Both the position numbers and the translations under genes were made by a program. Below are positions 29,578 through 41,007 of a stretch of 64,000 nucleotides of DNA, in pieces; the first letter of the stretch is position 1; each line of letters opens with the position of its first letter. Under the pieces are notes generated by a model that was not told where the DNA came from, did no database searches, and saw only the letters and a program-made list of their open reading frames with translations. This stretch comes from Eledone cirrhosa. Its lineage: Eukaryota. Location of the stretch: positions 123,380,001 through 123,444,000 of the forward strand of contig OZ024744.1 in assembly GCA_964016885.1 (NCBI GenBank), read 5' to 3'.

Positions 29578-29687
29578 TGTTTCTACTTTAGGCACAAGGC
29601 CAGCAATTACCCAGTGCATTACTGGTACTTTATTTTATCGACCCCGTAAGGATGAAAGGCAAAGTCAACCTCGGCGGGATTACCTCG
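29578..29687 (-). mobile_element. SINE family B fragment inserted in PLE RT with 18-bp TSD
   Basis: GCCAATTACTATAATAAT at 29560-29577 and 29688-29705. Confidence 0.9.
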
Positions 29688-31740
29688 GCCAATTACTATA
29701 ATAATGTGCTTTCTAAAGCTGGTTATCCTGATAAAATTAAATACAGTAAAGAAACCAATCCTAGAAGGTCTTACAGTAAAATAATTAATTATGAACATTC
29801 CAATAACTTAAATAAAAGACCTAGATACAAAAATATAATCTGATATAATACTCCTTTCTCTATATCTATTAATAATAATATTCCTAAACTATTCTTTAGG
29901 GTCTTAGATAAATGCTTCCCTCCCTCATATATCTATAGTAAAATCTATAACAAACATACAATAAAATGTTCTTATTCCACCACTTCCAACATCTCTAACA
30001 TTATCTCTAAACACAACAATAAAATATTAAATAATAAATCACATCCTTCCAACACTGAGTGTCATAATAATAGCAATAGTACTCCCGACATCATTGTTAA
30101 CTCTAGACTAGATTCTGTAAATTTAAATACGTCAAACGTAACTTCGTTGAATGTTCATAATACCAATCTAAATCAGGAAACTATTATTCCTATCGTAAAT
30201 AACTTCTCCAATCCAATTCCTTCTATAAATAACACTAGGTCACTTGTTAATAACTCTGTTAATTTCTCTAATCGTAATTGTAATTGCCCTATTAAAACTA
30301 AATGTCCTCTTAATAACCATTGTCTTGATAAAAACTTAGTCTATTTCGGTTCCACTTCCACTTCCTTCAAAGCTAGATTTTATAATCACAATTCGTCTTT
30401 TAAATACCAACTTAAAAGAACTAACACGACACTCTCGGAACTCATATGGTCCTTGAAAGACAAAAATATTAACTATAACATCTCTTGGAGGAAGGTTTGT
30501 TCCGCCTTTCCTTACCTGAATTCTTCCCTATCCAGAAATGTAATCTCTGCCTAGCCGAGAAATTTACCATTATATCTAATTTCAATTCTATAATAAATAG
30601 ACGCACGCATTTATTTTCACTCTGCTTGCATAAATTCCACAGAACATTCCATAAAGTATACAGCTAATATCTCAATACCTTACTAGTTTAAAATCCTTTT
30701 TCTCAAAGGCTTATATATCTTTTACAAATATACCCATCTTTCTACCTTATTTCAATATTATATATTATATAATACAATTTACTCATTCTATATCATTCCT
30801 CTTTATCATTTTCCTTTCTTCTTTTTAATTTCTAACCTCTAATCTGTACTTTTTCTTCCCAACTACTTCTCAATTATTTTTTTTAGTACATTGTAATATT
30901 ACCATTAGAAGTCCTTCGTAAACATATAAATTTTTGATGTTAGATTTTTTTCTTCCTTAAATTTTTCATATCTCTTCCATCCTTTCATGCTCGTTTTAAA
31001 CCTACTACTTAATTTGACTTTTACATATTACAATACATAAAAACAAACTTAAACCCTAACTAATTTCTTTTAATATATTATATTATTACCATTAGAAAAT
31101 ATTTCGTAAACATATATACTTTTTGATGTTAGATATTTTCTTCCTTAAACATTCTTTTCTTCTTTCCTTCCACGCTCATTTTAAACAAACTATTTACGAA
31201 CACATATTACCTTACATAAAAACAAACTTAAACCCTAACTAATTCCTCTAAATTCATAACTCATTCATTCTTCTCCTTCTTTTCACATTATATCCTTAAT
31301 ATCATTAATATTTTTATTTTAATAATACATATTAATAAATTCTTTTCCTCGCACATATTATTAAACCCTTCAATATACAAACCTTAATTTAATACTATTC
31401 TTAATTCCTTTTTCGTCATGCATAAACCTCATTAACTTTTAATTTCAAAATCTTTTAAATTATCTATTATCTTCCAACGGCTTTTTAATTTCTCTGTGAG
31501 ACAATATATTTTTTTTTCTCAGTTGTAAAGGCTATCACCCATCTCTCCTCCTCTCTCATCCTTCCTTCTTATACTCCTCCCCCACGATCCTTTACTCTTA
31601 TTGCTTCCTCTTCCTTACCTTTTCCACGCCCCCCTCACTTTTTCCCAATCTCATACATCAATCTTAATTTATTTTTCATATGTTGATTTAAAACTTCACT
31701 ATTCACAAGTGTTTTTTTAAGCTTCATATCATATCTCCCT

Positions 31741-31809
31741 ATTTTATCTGATGAGAACGCAGATATCATCCCATGATGATATTTGTTTTTGAATTGCACA
31801 TAATAAAAT
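31741..31809 (+). ncRNA. Type I hammerhead ribozyme, core mutated (GAAA>GAAT)
   Basis: ATTTTAT-CTGATGA-stem II-GAAT-TGCACA-TA-ATAAAAT. Confidence 0.75.
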
Positions 31810-31867
31810 ACTTGGAACTCTTTTAACCATCTTTTGATCTTATATTATCTATATATATATATATAAG

Positions 31868-33286
31868 GTAGGTGAGTTTTATTGTAGTACAATAAAGCAA
31901 TTGTCTTGATAAAAACTTAATTTACGAATGTAAAGTTATAACTGACACCAATTCCTTCACCTATTTTGGCTCCACTTCCACCTCTTTTAAAGCTCGTCTT
32001 CATAACCATCATTCGTCTTTTAAATACAAACTTAAAAGAACCAACACGGCTCTCTCAGAACTCATATGGTCCTTGAAAGACAAAAATATTAAATATAGCA
32101 TCTTTTGGAAGAAGGTTTCTTCTGCGTCTCCATACTTGAACAGTTCTCTATCCAAGATTTGCAATCTCTGTCTAAATGAAAAATTTACCATTATATCTAA
32201 TTTAGATTCTATAATAAATAGACGCACTAACTTGTTTTCTATCTGCTTGCATAAATTCCACAAAACATTCCACAAAGTATACAGCTAATATCCAATTCTT
32301 TATCGATTTAGAATCTTTTTCTCAAAGGCACATATATATATATACACTTCTTTAAAAATATACCCATCTTTCTACCTTATTTCAAAGGTTTTATTATACA
32401 TTATATAATACTTGTTACTCATTCTATATCGCCCCTATTTATCACTTCCCTTTCTTCTCTTTTTCTTTTAATGTCTAACCCCTAATCTGTACCTTTTCTC
32501 ACTATTGCCTAACATAGAATCAATTATTACATAATACAATACATTTTTACTCTATATCACCTTGTAAAAATCCTTCGTAAACATAAACATTTTTTTGACG
32601 TTAGATATATTTTCACAATATATCCTTACTTAAATTACCTGTTGTTCTTTTTAATAATACATATCAACATTTTCTTTCCATCGCACATATTATTAAACCC
32701 TTAAATATCATTCTTAATACATATTAACTTTTTCTTTCCATCGCACATGTTATTAAACCCTTAAATATTATTCTTAATACATATTAACATTTTCTTTTCA
32801 TCGCACATATTATTAAACCCCTCAATATACAAACCTTAACTTTACATTATTTTTCTCTTCGTTAATTTTCAAATTCTTTTAATTCATACATTATCTTCCA
32901 ACGGTTTTCAACCTCTCTATGTAAAACATATCTTTCTCAGTTATAAAAGCTATCTCTCTCTCTCTATCACCCATCTCTCCTCCTATCTCATCCTTCCTCA
33001 TTATACTCCTCCCTCTCCACTTTTTACTCTTATCTCCTCCTCTTTTTCATCCTTTCCAACCCCCCCCCCTCAAAATAAAATATTTTCCCCAATATCACAC
33101 ATCAATCTAAAACTACTTCTCATATGTTGATTTAAAACTGCACTATCCACAAGTGTTTTTTAACCTTCATATCATGTCTTCCTGTTTTATCTGATGAAAA
33201 CACAAATATCATTGCATGATGATATTTGTTTTTGAAATGCGCATAATAAAATCCATGGAACTCTTTTAACCATCTTTTGTTCTTAT
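31868..33286 (+). mobile_element. Second PLE copy (GIY-YIG end + 3' UTR), tandem to the first
   Basis: CLDKNLIYECKV..YFGSTSTSFKARLHNH..CNLCLNEK..CLH. The 3' UTR is homologous to 30670-31843. Confidence 0.9.
33184..33252 (+). ncRNA. Type I hammerhead ribozyme, intact core
   Basis: TTTTAT-CTGATGA(33191)-AAACACAAATATCAT..ATGATATTTGTTTTT-GAAA(33234)-TGCGCA-TA-ATAAAA. Palindromic stem III ATGCGCAT. Confidence 0.88.
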
Positions 33287-33295
33287 ATATATATA

Positions 33296-33641
33296 TCATC
33301 ATCATTTCATCATTTCATTTTACATCCACTTTTCCCTGCTTGCAAGGGTGGGACGGGAACTGATTCTGGCTTGATTTCTACAGCTGGATGCCCTTCCTAA
33401 CACCAACCTCATTTACAGTGAGTGCTGGGTGCTTTTTTGCCGTGGCACCTCCACGACCACTTTGCAGTGGAATGATAGGGACCGAAGTCCCTATCATCTC
33501 ATTTCTACAGCTGAGTAAACTGGAGCAATGTGAAATAAAGTGTCTTGCTCAAGGAAACAACACATCACCCGGTCTGAGAATTGAACTCACAACCTTTCGA
33601 TTGCAAGGCCAATGCTCTAACCACTAAGCCATGTGCCTCCA
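33296..33641 (-). mobile_element. tRNA-headed SINE family A (CORE-like centre, RTE-type tail)
   Basis: A box TGGCTTAGTGG, B box GAGTTCAATTC, CORE-like CCTTGAGCAAGACACTTT..CAGCTGTAGAAATG, (TGA)n tail. Confidence 0.9.
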
Positions 33642-33717
<76 letters not shown>

Positions 33718-33734
33718 TATGTGTGTGTATATAT

Positions 33735-34419
33735 AACGGCAATGAATTAGTTTTGCGATGTTTTTGATATGAAATCGTCTGTCGAAACAAATATTGTTAT
33801 ACTTGGGGAGGGTCATATTTGTGTAATATTGCCAGAATTAATAACAGAACACACTCACTGTTTGGTTGGTTTTCGCTTCTGTGTCTTTTATATCGGTTAA
33901 TTTAATTTATTCGGTCCTCAATGTTGCCATTGACAGACCAACGGTCAAAAATACAGATACAATATAGACACAAACACATATATATAGTCTATCAAAGTTC
34001 TTTCGTTACACATCTGCAACATCGTCAGTGGTGCTATTGTTTCCTCCCGTTGCATTGTATGCTTGCACCATCTTTATTTAAACTTCCAGGTGTCCAACAA
34101 TCCAACAATCCAACAATTGTTGGATGCCTGGAATTTTAAATAAAGATGGTGTAAGCATACAATGCAACGGGAGGAAACATAATAGCAACACTGACGATGT
34201 TGCAGATGTGCAACGAAAGAACTTTGATAGACTATATATATGTGTTTGTGTCTATATTGTATCTGATTTTTTACCGTTGGTCAGTCAATGGCAACATTGA
34301 GGACCGAATAAATTAAATTACCCGATATAAAAGACACAGAAGCGAAAACCAACCAAACAGTGTGTTCTGTTATTAATTCTGGCAATTTTACACAAATATG
34401 ACCCTCCCCAAGTATAACA

Positions 34420-34423
<4 letters not shown>
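33735..34423. mobile_element. Palindromic insertion (~310-bp arms) between (TA)n tracts, probably PLE pLTR-derived
   Basis: 33791-34116 is the reverse complement of 34117-34423 with few mismatches. Each arm has a degenerate CTGACGA..GAAA hammerhead-like motif. Confidence 0.75.
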
Positions 34424-34450
<27 letters not shown>

Positions 34451-34588
34451 AGAGTTAAACAAGATTCAATGAGTACATCAAATAATGAGTTTTACAATAG
34501 ATTGGAAGCACTCTACAGAAAAATATTCTCCAGAGTTATTAATATTAATTCAAATATTAACAAAATAGATATTCTTGTGATCAATTAA

Positions 34589-34653
34589 ATTTTATTATAC
34601 ATATTTCAGAGGTACTGAATTAAGTTCAACAGTACATCTTCATCAGATAAAAT
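34589..34653 (-). ncRNA. Type I hammerhead ribozyme, intact core (sense to AIP pre-mRNA)
   Basis: Minus strand reads ATTTTAT-CTGATGA-AGATGTACTG..CAGTACCTCT-GAAA-TATGTA-TA-ATAAAAT. Confidence 0.85.
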
Positions 34654-35760
34654 AAAATGATACATGACATACCCTGACATGGTAGATGGTTATGATTTAA
34701 TCAAGGTAGTGATTAACTTATGAGAAAACTCAATATGTATACCCTAATATTGAGAACATGAGAAAACGTCATAGAATCAATAGAGAGAGTGTGAGTAATA
34801 TATTTTAAGAAATACATGGCATCAATGCAACAGTTATAGAATTTTTAATATTTAAAATACTACTAGAGAAATATGCGGGAGAGGAAAGCATAGAGGAAGA
34901 CGTAGCTGATGTTATAACTTATTTAGTATTTAGCTTGAGAAGACAAATGAAAGATAAATAAAGAGACAAAGGGGAGTAATTTATGCTCAAGTTTCTACAT
35001 ACACATATTCATATAGAGTTGGCAGTTAATTTTCAAAATATTTAATTGATATTATTTCAAGGTAAAGAATCAAATTTTAGGTTTTAAAAGTTGATGGGTA
35101 TTTGTATTATATTATAATATAATTATGTTAAATTTCTAAAATTCAAATTTTATGAAGACAGCCTCTGTACAAAGGAGACCCTATTAATAATTAATAATTA
35201 TGAAAACTTAATTAACAAAAAAAGTGAATTATTCTCAAACTGCCTTCATAGAGCTTTGTCTACATTCCAAGCCTCACAAAAAGTAAAAAAAAACAGTAAG
35301 CAATCAAGCCTGATTTTCGACATTTATCATCAACTGTTGAACATATAAGTCATAACGGTTTATAAAACTTTAATAATGCTTTATCTTCTAATCATTTATA
35401 ATGGAATTAATGTTTGAATGAATGACACTTGTTTGATAACTTGTTTACTGGATAGATATGCACACTCTATGGTTTTTTATTTTGATATTTTTAACTTTGA
35501 TTCAGGTCTTTATTTTTCTGTCTCTGTTTTAAATATATAGTTTAGATATATAACCTGTAAAGTTACTGATTTTAATTTGAACTGTGGATCATTCATGCAT
35601 TTACATATTTTATATATATATATATATATTACTCATTTTGAAATGGTTTTGGGGACTCAGAAAGTTAGATATGCGCTTTGCTTTTTTATGTATATTTAAT
35701 AAACCATAATAGCTAACAAATATTGGTTTATTTCTCCACTGAACTGGAGGTAAAACTGCT

Positions 35761-36025
35761 AACAATGATTGTAATCTCTATTTTTTATTAAATGTATACC
35801 GTTTCATTAATACCTAGTATATCTATATATAGTTTGTACAAATATCTTTATCTAGTATAATAACATAACCATAGTTACATTTGTATAAAACTAATAACAA
35901 TGATTATAATTACTATTTTTTATTAAATGTTTACCGTTTCATTAATACCTAGTATATCTATATATAGTTTATGCAAATATCTTTATCTAGGGTAATAACA
36001 TAATCGTAGTTACATTTATATAAAT
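35761..36025. repeat. ~136-bp tandem duplication in PLE 3' UTR
   Basis: AACAATGATT..CGTTTCATTAATACCTAGTATATC..TAGTTACATTT occurs at 35761 and 35897. Confidence 0.85.
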
Positions 36026-36912
36026 AATTTAAACACTCAAATGACATTATTATAAGTGTTTGGTTTTCCCTGGAAGGTCGAACTTATATAATCATTTACT
36101 TAATATAATATATGAACAAATAATAAATTATAGTCTTGGTATATTATGACCAATACACACATATATAAAGCTGAAAACTCTGACTTCTTTAAGTTTAATT
36201 ATAAGACCTGTTAATACTTTAGGCACTCTAACTATTTAACAATAAATTCTTTAGTAGTTATAACTGTAAATATCTCATAAATTATATTATAGAAAATGTT
36301 GTCAGTGTTATAAGTAATTTTGGTAAAGATTACCTTTGTGGGGATATCGAACATTATATGTATATTTTCTTTCTTTCGCAGGCTTCATAAATCCTTTAAA
36401 TTTGTCTTCATAAAATTTGAATTTTAGAAATTTAACATAATTATATTATAATATTAATACCCATCAACTTTTAAAACCTAAAATTTGATTCTTTACCTTG
36501 AAATAACATAAATTAAATATTTTGAAAATTAACTGCCAACTCTATATGAATATGTGTATGTAGAAACTTGAGCATAAATTACTCCCCTTTGTCTCTCCCT
36601 CTCTTTATTTATCTTTCATTTGTCTTCTCAAGCTAAATACTAAATAAGTTATAACATCAGCTACGTCTTCCTCTATGCTTTCCTCTCCCGCATATTTCTC
36701 TAGTAGTATTTTAAATATTAAAAATTCTATAACTGTTGCATTGATGCCATGTATTTCTTAAAATATATTACTCACACTCTCTCTATTGATTCTATGACGT
36801 TTTCTCATGTTCTCAATATTAGGGTATACATATTGAGTTTTCTCATAAGTTAATCACTACCTTGATTAAATCATAACCATCTACCATGTCAGGGTATGTC
36901 ATGTATCATTTT

Positions 36913-36977
36913 ATTTTATCTGATGAGGATGTACTGTTGAACTTAATTCAGTACCTCTGAAATATGTATAATAAAAT
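36913..36977 (+). ncRNA. Type I hammerhead ribozyme, intact core
   Basis: ATTTTAT-CTGATGA-GGATGTACTG..CAGTACCTCT-GAAA-TATGTA-TA-ATAAAAT. Confidence 0.85.
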
Positions 36978-37206
36978 ATAATTGATCACAAGAATATCTA
37001 TTTTGTTAATATTTGAATTAATATATATATATATATATATATATATCAAGTAAGTATGTTTTGAAACAGTGAGCAGGTTTGAAATTAGAAAATAGAATAG
37101 CTTTCACCGTATTTTTGACTAAAGGAATTTAAGCCTGATAATGGGGTTTAGAACCCTCAGATAAATGGAAAAAGATGAGTATTGACGTACGTCAATACTC
37201 ATCTTT

Positions 37207-37237
<31 letters not shown>

Positions 37238-37238
37238 A

Positions 37239-37466
37239 TGTAGGAGGTGTACAATAAAGCAATGCAGATATCGGATAAGAAGCACTCTACAGTTTGTAGG
37301 ACTGGAGTATACATAATATATAAGAACAAAAGATGGTTAAAAGAGTTCCATGTATTTTATTATGCGCATTTCAAAAACAAATATCATCATGCAATAATAT
37401 TTATGTTTTCATCAGATAAAACAGGAAGACATGATATGAAGGTTAAAAAACACTTGTGGATAGTGC
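37239..37466 (-). mobile_element. Inverted PLE pLTR fragment including the ~80-nt 3' extension
   Basis: 37321-37466 is the reverse complement of about 33140-33285. It continues past the point where the + copies stop. Confidence 0.85.
37354..37421 (-). ncRNA. Type I hammerhead ribozyme, intact core (sense to AIP pre-mRNA)
   Basis: Reverse complement of the 33184-33252 motif with CTGATGA, GAAA and ATGCGCAT-A. Confidence 0.85.
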
Positions 37467-37480
37467 TTGGTACAGTTAGA

Positions 37481-38592
37481 TATATTAAGACAGAGAAGAA
37501 AAAAATGGCTTCACTTGTGCTTTCAACAAATTTATTTTCTTCACAAAATCCAAAAAGAATTTTTTTTCGGATTAGAAAAAATTTTTTTTTTATTTTTTAT
37601 TTTTAATTTTTTATTTTTTTGTTCAACACACACATATGTGCGTATATACATACATACACACACGGGCATATGTAGGAATATATAGGCACACACTATCAAT
37701 CACACACCCATGTACATATACATCCACATAAAAACATATAAAGACACATATAAAAACACATATACACATACGTACACACACGAATATGTACTCATACCTC
37801 CACATGGGTATATATATATATATATATATATATACATACATATACATATATATACACACATAAAGATACATAACTAAATATACATATATATGTTTTTATG
37901 TATGTATGTGGATGTATATGTACATGGGTGTGTGATTGATGGTGTGTGCCTATATATTCCTACATATGCCCGTGTGTGTATGTACATATATACGCACATA
38001 TGTGTGTGTTGAACAAAGGACTAATTTTGGGATGGACGTAGAAAAATTCTTCAGAAAAAAATAATTGTTTACAAGCTTGGCAGGTGCGGTTTGCCTATGA
38101 CCATTCTCGATACAAAGGAATACTAAAAGCTTTTTGCCCTGAATAAAGGAATTTTTCGAGAATGACTGGGGCAGGCCGCGCTTGCTACATTTCTCCCCAC
38201 CCAACCCTACTCACTGTCTCAACTCATTACTGCTATAAACATTTTTTCAACACACCTACACCCCTACACTTATTAAAGGGGGAGAAAAAACCCCCCCAAA
38301 AACCCCACCGCACCACAAACATGTTAAATCCCTATATATAGAACAACACACCACATACACATCAGTTTGACAAGCGCACCTCAGCGTGAAAGGTCTTTCT
38401 AAAAACGAAACAATACCTCCTACGTTAACCAAGAACTCCTAAGACCTAACCAACAACCAACGACTCAATTTATAAAAAAAATAAAGAAAAAATAAAAATT
38501 TTCTAATCCGGAAAAAAATTCTTTTTGGATTTTGTGAAGAAAATAAATTTGTTGAAAGCACAAGTGAAGCCATTTTTTTCTTCCCCCCTGTC

Positions 38593-38600
<8 letters not shown>
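37481..38600. mobile_element. Unclassified element with nested inverted repeats
   Basis: 37481-37600 is inverted to 38470-38600. 37620-37760 is inverted to 37885-38015. Ends in (TA)n. Confidence 0.6.
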
Positions 38601-38650
<50 letters not shown>

Positions 38651-38653
<3 letters not shown>

Positions 38654-38970
38654 TCATTTCATTTTACGTCCACTTTTCCCTGCTTGCAAGGGTGGGACGG
38701 GAACTGATTCTGGCTTGATTTCTACAGCTGAATGCCCTTCCTAACACCAACCTCATTTACAGTGAGTGCTGGGGGCTTTTTTGCCGTGGCACCTCCACGA
38801 ATGATAGGGATCCCAGTCCCTATAATCTCATTTCTACAGCTGAGTAAACTGGAGCAACGTGAAATAAAGTGTCTTGCTCAAGGAAACAACACATCACCCG
38901 GTCTGAGAATTGAACTCACAACCTTTTGATTGCAAAGCCAATGCTCTAACCACTAAGCCATGTGCCTCCA
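38651..38970 (-). mobile_element. SINE family A
   Basis: Near-identical to 33296-33641. Confidence 0.9.
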
Positions 38971-38986
38971 CTACTCATATATATAT

Positions 38987-40984
38987 ACAAGTCGTACAGA
39001 ATGGGGTTGTTCTGAAGACCTAGCGTAGCAGCATCATCGTTAACTGTTTATAAGGGTAAAGGAGATGCCCTAGATAGGAGTAACTATAGAGGCATTAAAT
39101 TAATCGACCAGGTCATGAAGGTCACGGAAAAAGTAATAGCACAACTAATCAGAGAGAGAATTGACCTAGATGAAATGCAGTTCGGGTTTGTGTCAGGCAA
39201 AAGTACCACAGACGCTCTTTTCATTGTACGACAACTACAGGAGAAGTATCTAGCTAAAAGTAAACCCCTATACTTAGCTTTTGTCGACTTGGAGAAAGCC
39301 TTCGACAGAGTCCCCCGTTCCATTATCTGGTGGGCTCTTAGAAAACTAGGTGTTGACGAATGGCTTGTGAGAGCTATACAAGCCATGTATAAAGAAACAG
39401 TCAGCAAGGTTAGAATTAACAACGAATATAGTGAAGAGTTTAGCGTAAAAGTTGGCGTCCATCAGGGCTCTGTTCTCAGCCCCCTACTATTTATTATTGC
39501 CCTTCAGGCTATAACAGAGGAGTTCAAGACCGGCTGCCCATGGGAACTCCTATACGCAGATGACCTAACACTCATAGCTGAATCAATGGTCGAGCTAGAG
39601 AAGAAATTCCAAACATGGAAGCACGGCCTGGAATCAAAAGGCCTTAAAATTAACCTGGCTAAGACTAAAGTTCTAGTTTGTAAGAAGGAAAATAAGGCAG
39701 CGGTCCCGTCTGGGAAATGGCCATGCTCAGTGTGTAGGAAAGGCGTAGGTAGAAACTCCATTTTATGTCCCAAATGCAAAGTATGGGTGCATAAAAGATG
39801 TAGTGGGATCACAGGTAAGCTAACTAAGAACATAGATTTTACATGTGGCCGGTGCTCTGGTGCAATAAGTAGCAGCAAGTGCCCACAAAATACTAGCTCT
39901 TTCAACTGCGCAGAGGGTTCTATAGAAATAGTGGACAGCTTCCGTTACCTGGGTGACAAAATCAGCAGTGGGGGAGGGTGCTCTGAAAGTACAGTAGCTA
40001 GAGTCAGAACTGGATGGAAAAAGTTCAGAGAGCTTATACCACCATTAGCCGCTAAAGGATTCTCCCTAAAAATGAAAGGCAGGTTGTATGGCAGTGAGAC
40101 CTGGGCATTGTGTGCAGAGGATATACGCAGACTAGAGAGGAACGAAGCTTGCATGCTCCGCTGGATGTGTAATAGTAATATATGTGAACGGCAAAGCATA
40201 AACGAACTAAGGAAAAAATTAGAAATAAGAGGGATCAGATGTTGTTTACTCGAGAGAAGGCTACGTTGGTATGGTCACGTGATGCGCATGAAAGACGATA
40301 GCTGTATAACAAAGTGCAGGGCAATAAAGATAGACGGTAGCCACGGAGTAGGCAGACCCAGAAAAACCTGGGATGAGCAGATAAATTCCGACCTCACACA
40401 CTTACCACCTCTCCAAGACAATGTCACTGGACTGAGACCTTTGGCGGTACTCAGTAATAGAGAAGACCCGCCTTACCTAAATACAAAGTAAAACCTACTA
40501 CAGTCAGTAGGCATCTCTAACAAAATACACCCCACCCCCCACCCCCACCCCATCCACACCACCCCTTCAATGTAAAGTTATGTTGGTGCCACAACATCCA
40601 GGCCGAAACAAATGAGATCGTGTAGGTGTCACGACAAAAAAACACACAGTCCACGCTGTAATGTGGCCGTGTAGGCAACACGGTAAAAACCTCCCAGCCC
40701 CACACTGTAAATGTGGTTGGTGTTAGGAAGGGCATCCAGCCATAGAAAACCCGCCAGACAGTCCACGCTGTAATGTGGTCGTGTAGGCAACACGGTAAAA
40801 ACCTCCCAGCCCCACACTGTAAATGTGGTTGGTGTTAGGAAGGGCATCCAGCTGTAGAAAACCCGCCAGACAGTCCTATGCGAGCAAGACAATCACTCTT
40901 GCCTCAAGTGGGAAATACCCCCGTCCAAACCCATGCAAGCGTGGAACACGGATGTTAAACGTTCATGATGATGATGATGATGAT
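38987..40984 (+). mobile_element. 5'-truncated RTE-clade LINE (RT ORF 39115-40491)
   Basis: QFGF..FVDLEKAFD, GVHQGSVLSP, LLYADDL, a PHD-like CSVC..C..C..WVHKRC insert, RLRWYGHV and GRPRKTW. Ends in a (GAT)n tail. Confidence 0.95.
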
Positions 40985-41007
40985 ATATATATATGTATAT
41001 ATATATA

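Larger units (their letters stand above)
28887..31843 (+). mobile_element. 5'-truncated Penelope-like element (Naiad-type), degenerate RT + GIY-YIG, 3' UTR with hammerhead
   Basis: RT motifs MGASDSSQLTDLIG, GIYRDDGL, NFLDISLNL and YVNFKSNHP. CNCx5CPL..CL, YFGSTSTSFKARFYNH and CNLCLAEK..CLH in the endonuclease. Stops and frameshifts present. Flanked by (TA)n. Confidence 0.9.
34451..37024 (+). mobile_element. Third PLE family: inverted pLTR + GIY-YIG C-terminus + 3' UTR/pLTR
   Basis: Arms 34541-35160 and 36403-37024 are inverted. From about 35160 it reads SLCTKETLLIINNYENLINKKSELFSNCLHR, the PLE endonuclease C-terminus. Confidence 0.85.

Noticed and set aside
29841-29843. In-frame TGA in the PLE ORF as possible selenocysteine (Naiad selenoproteins)
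   Set aside because: It falls at the conserved Trp of IIW(F/Y)N.PFS, so TGG>TGA decay is likelier. The conserved Cys codons here are ordinary, and no convincing SECIS follows the ORFs.
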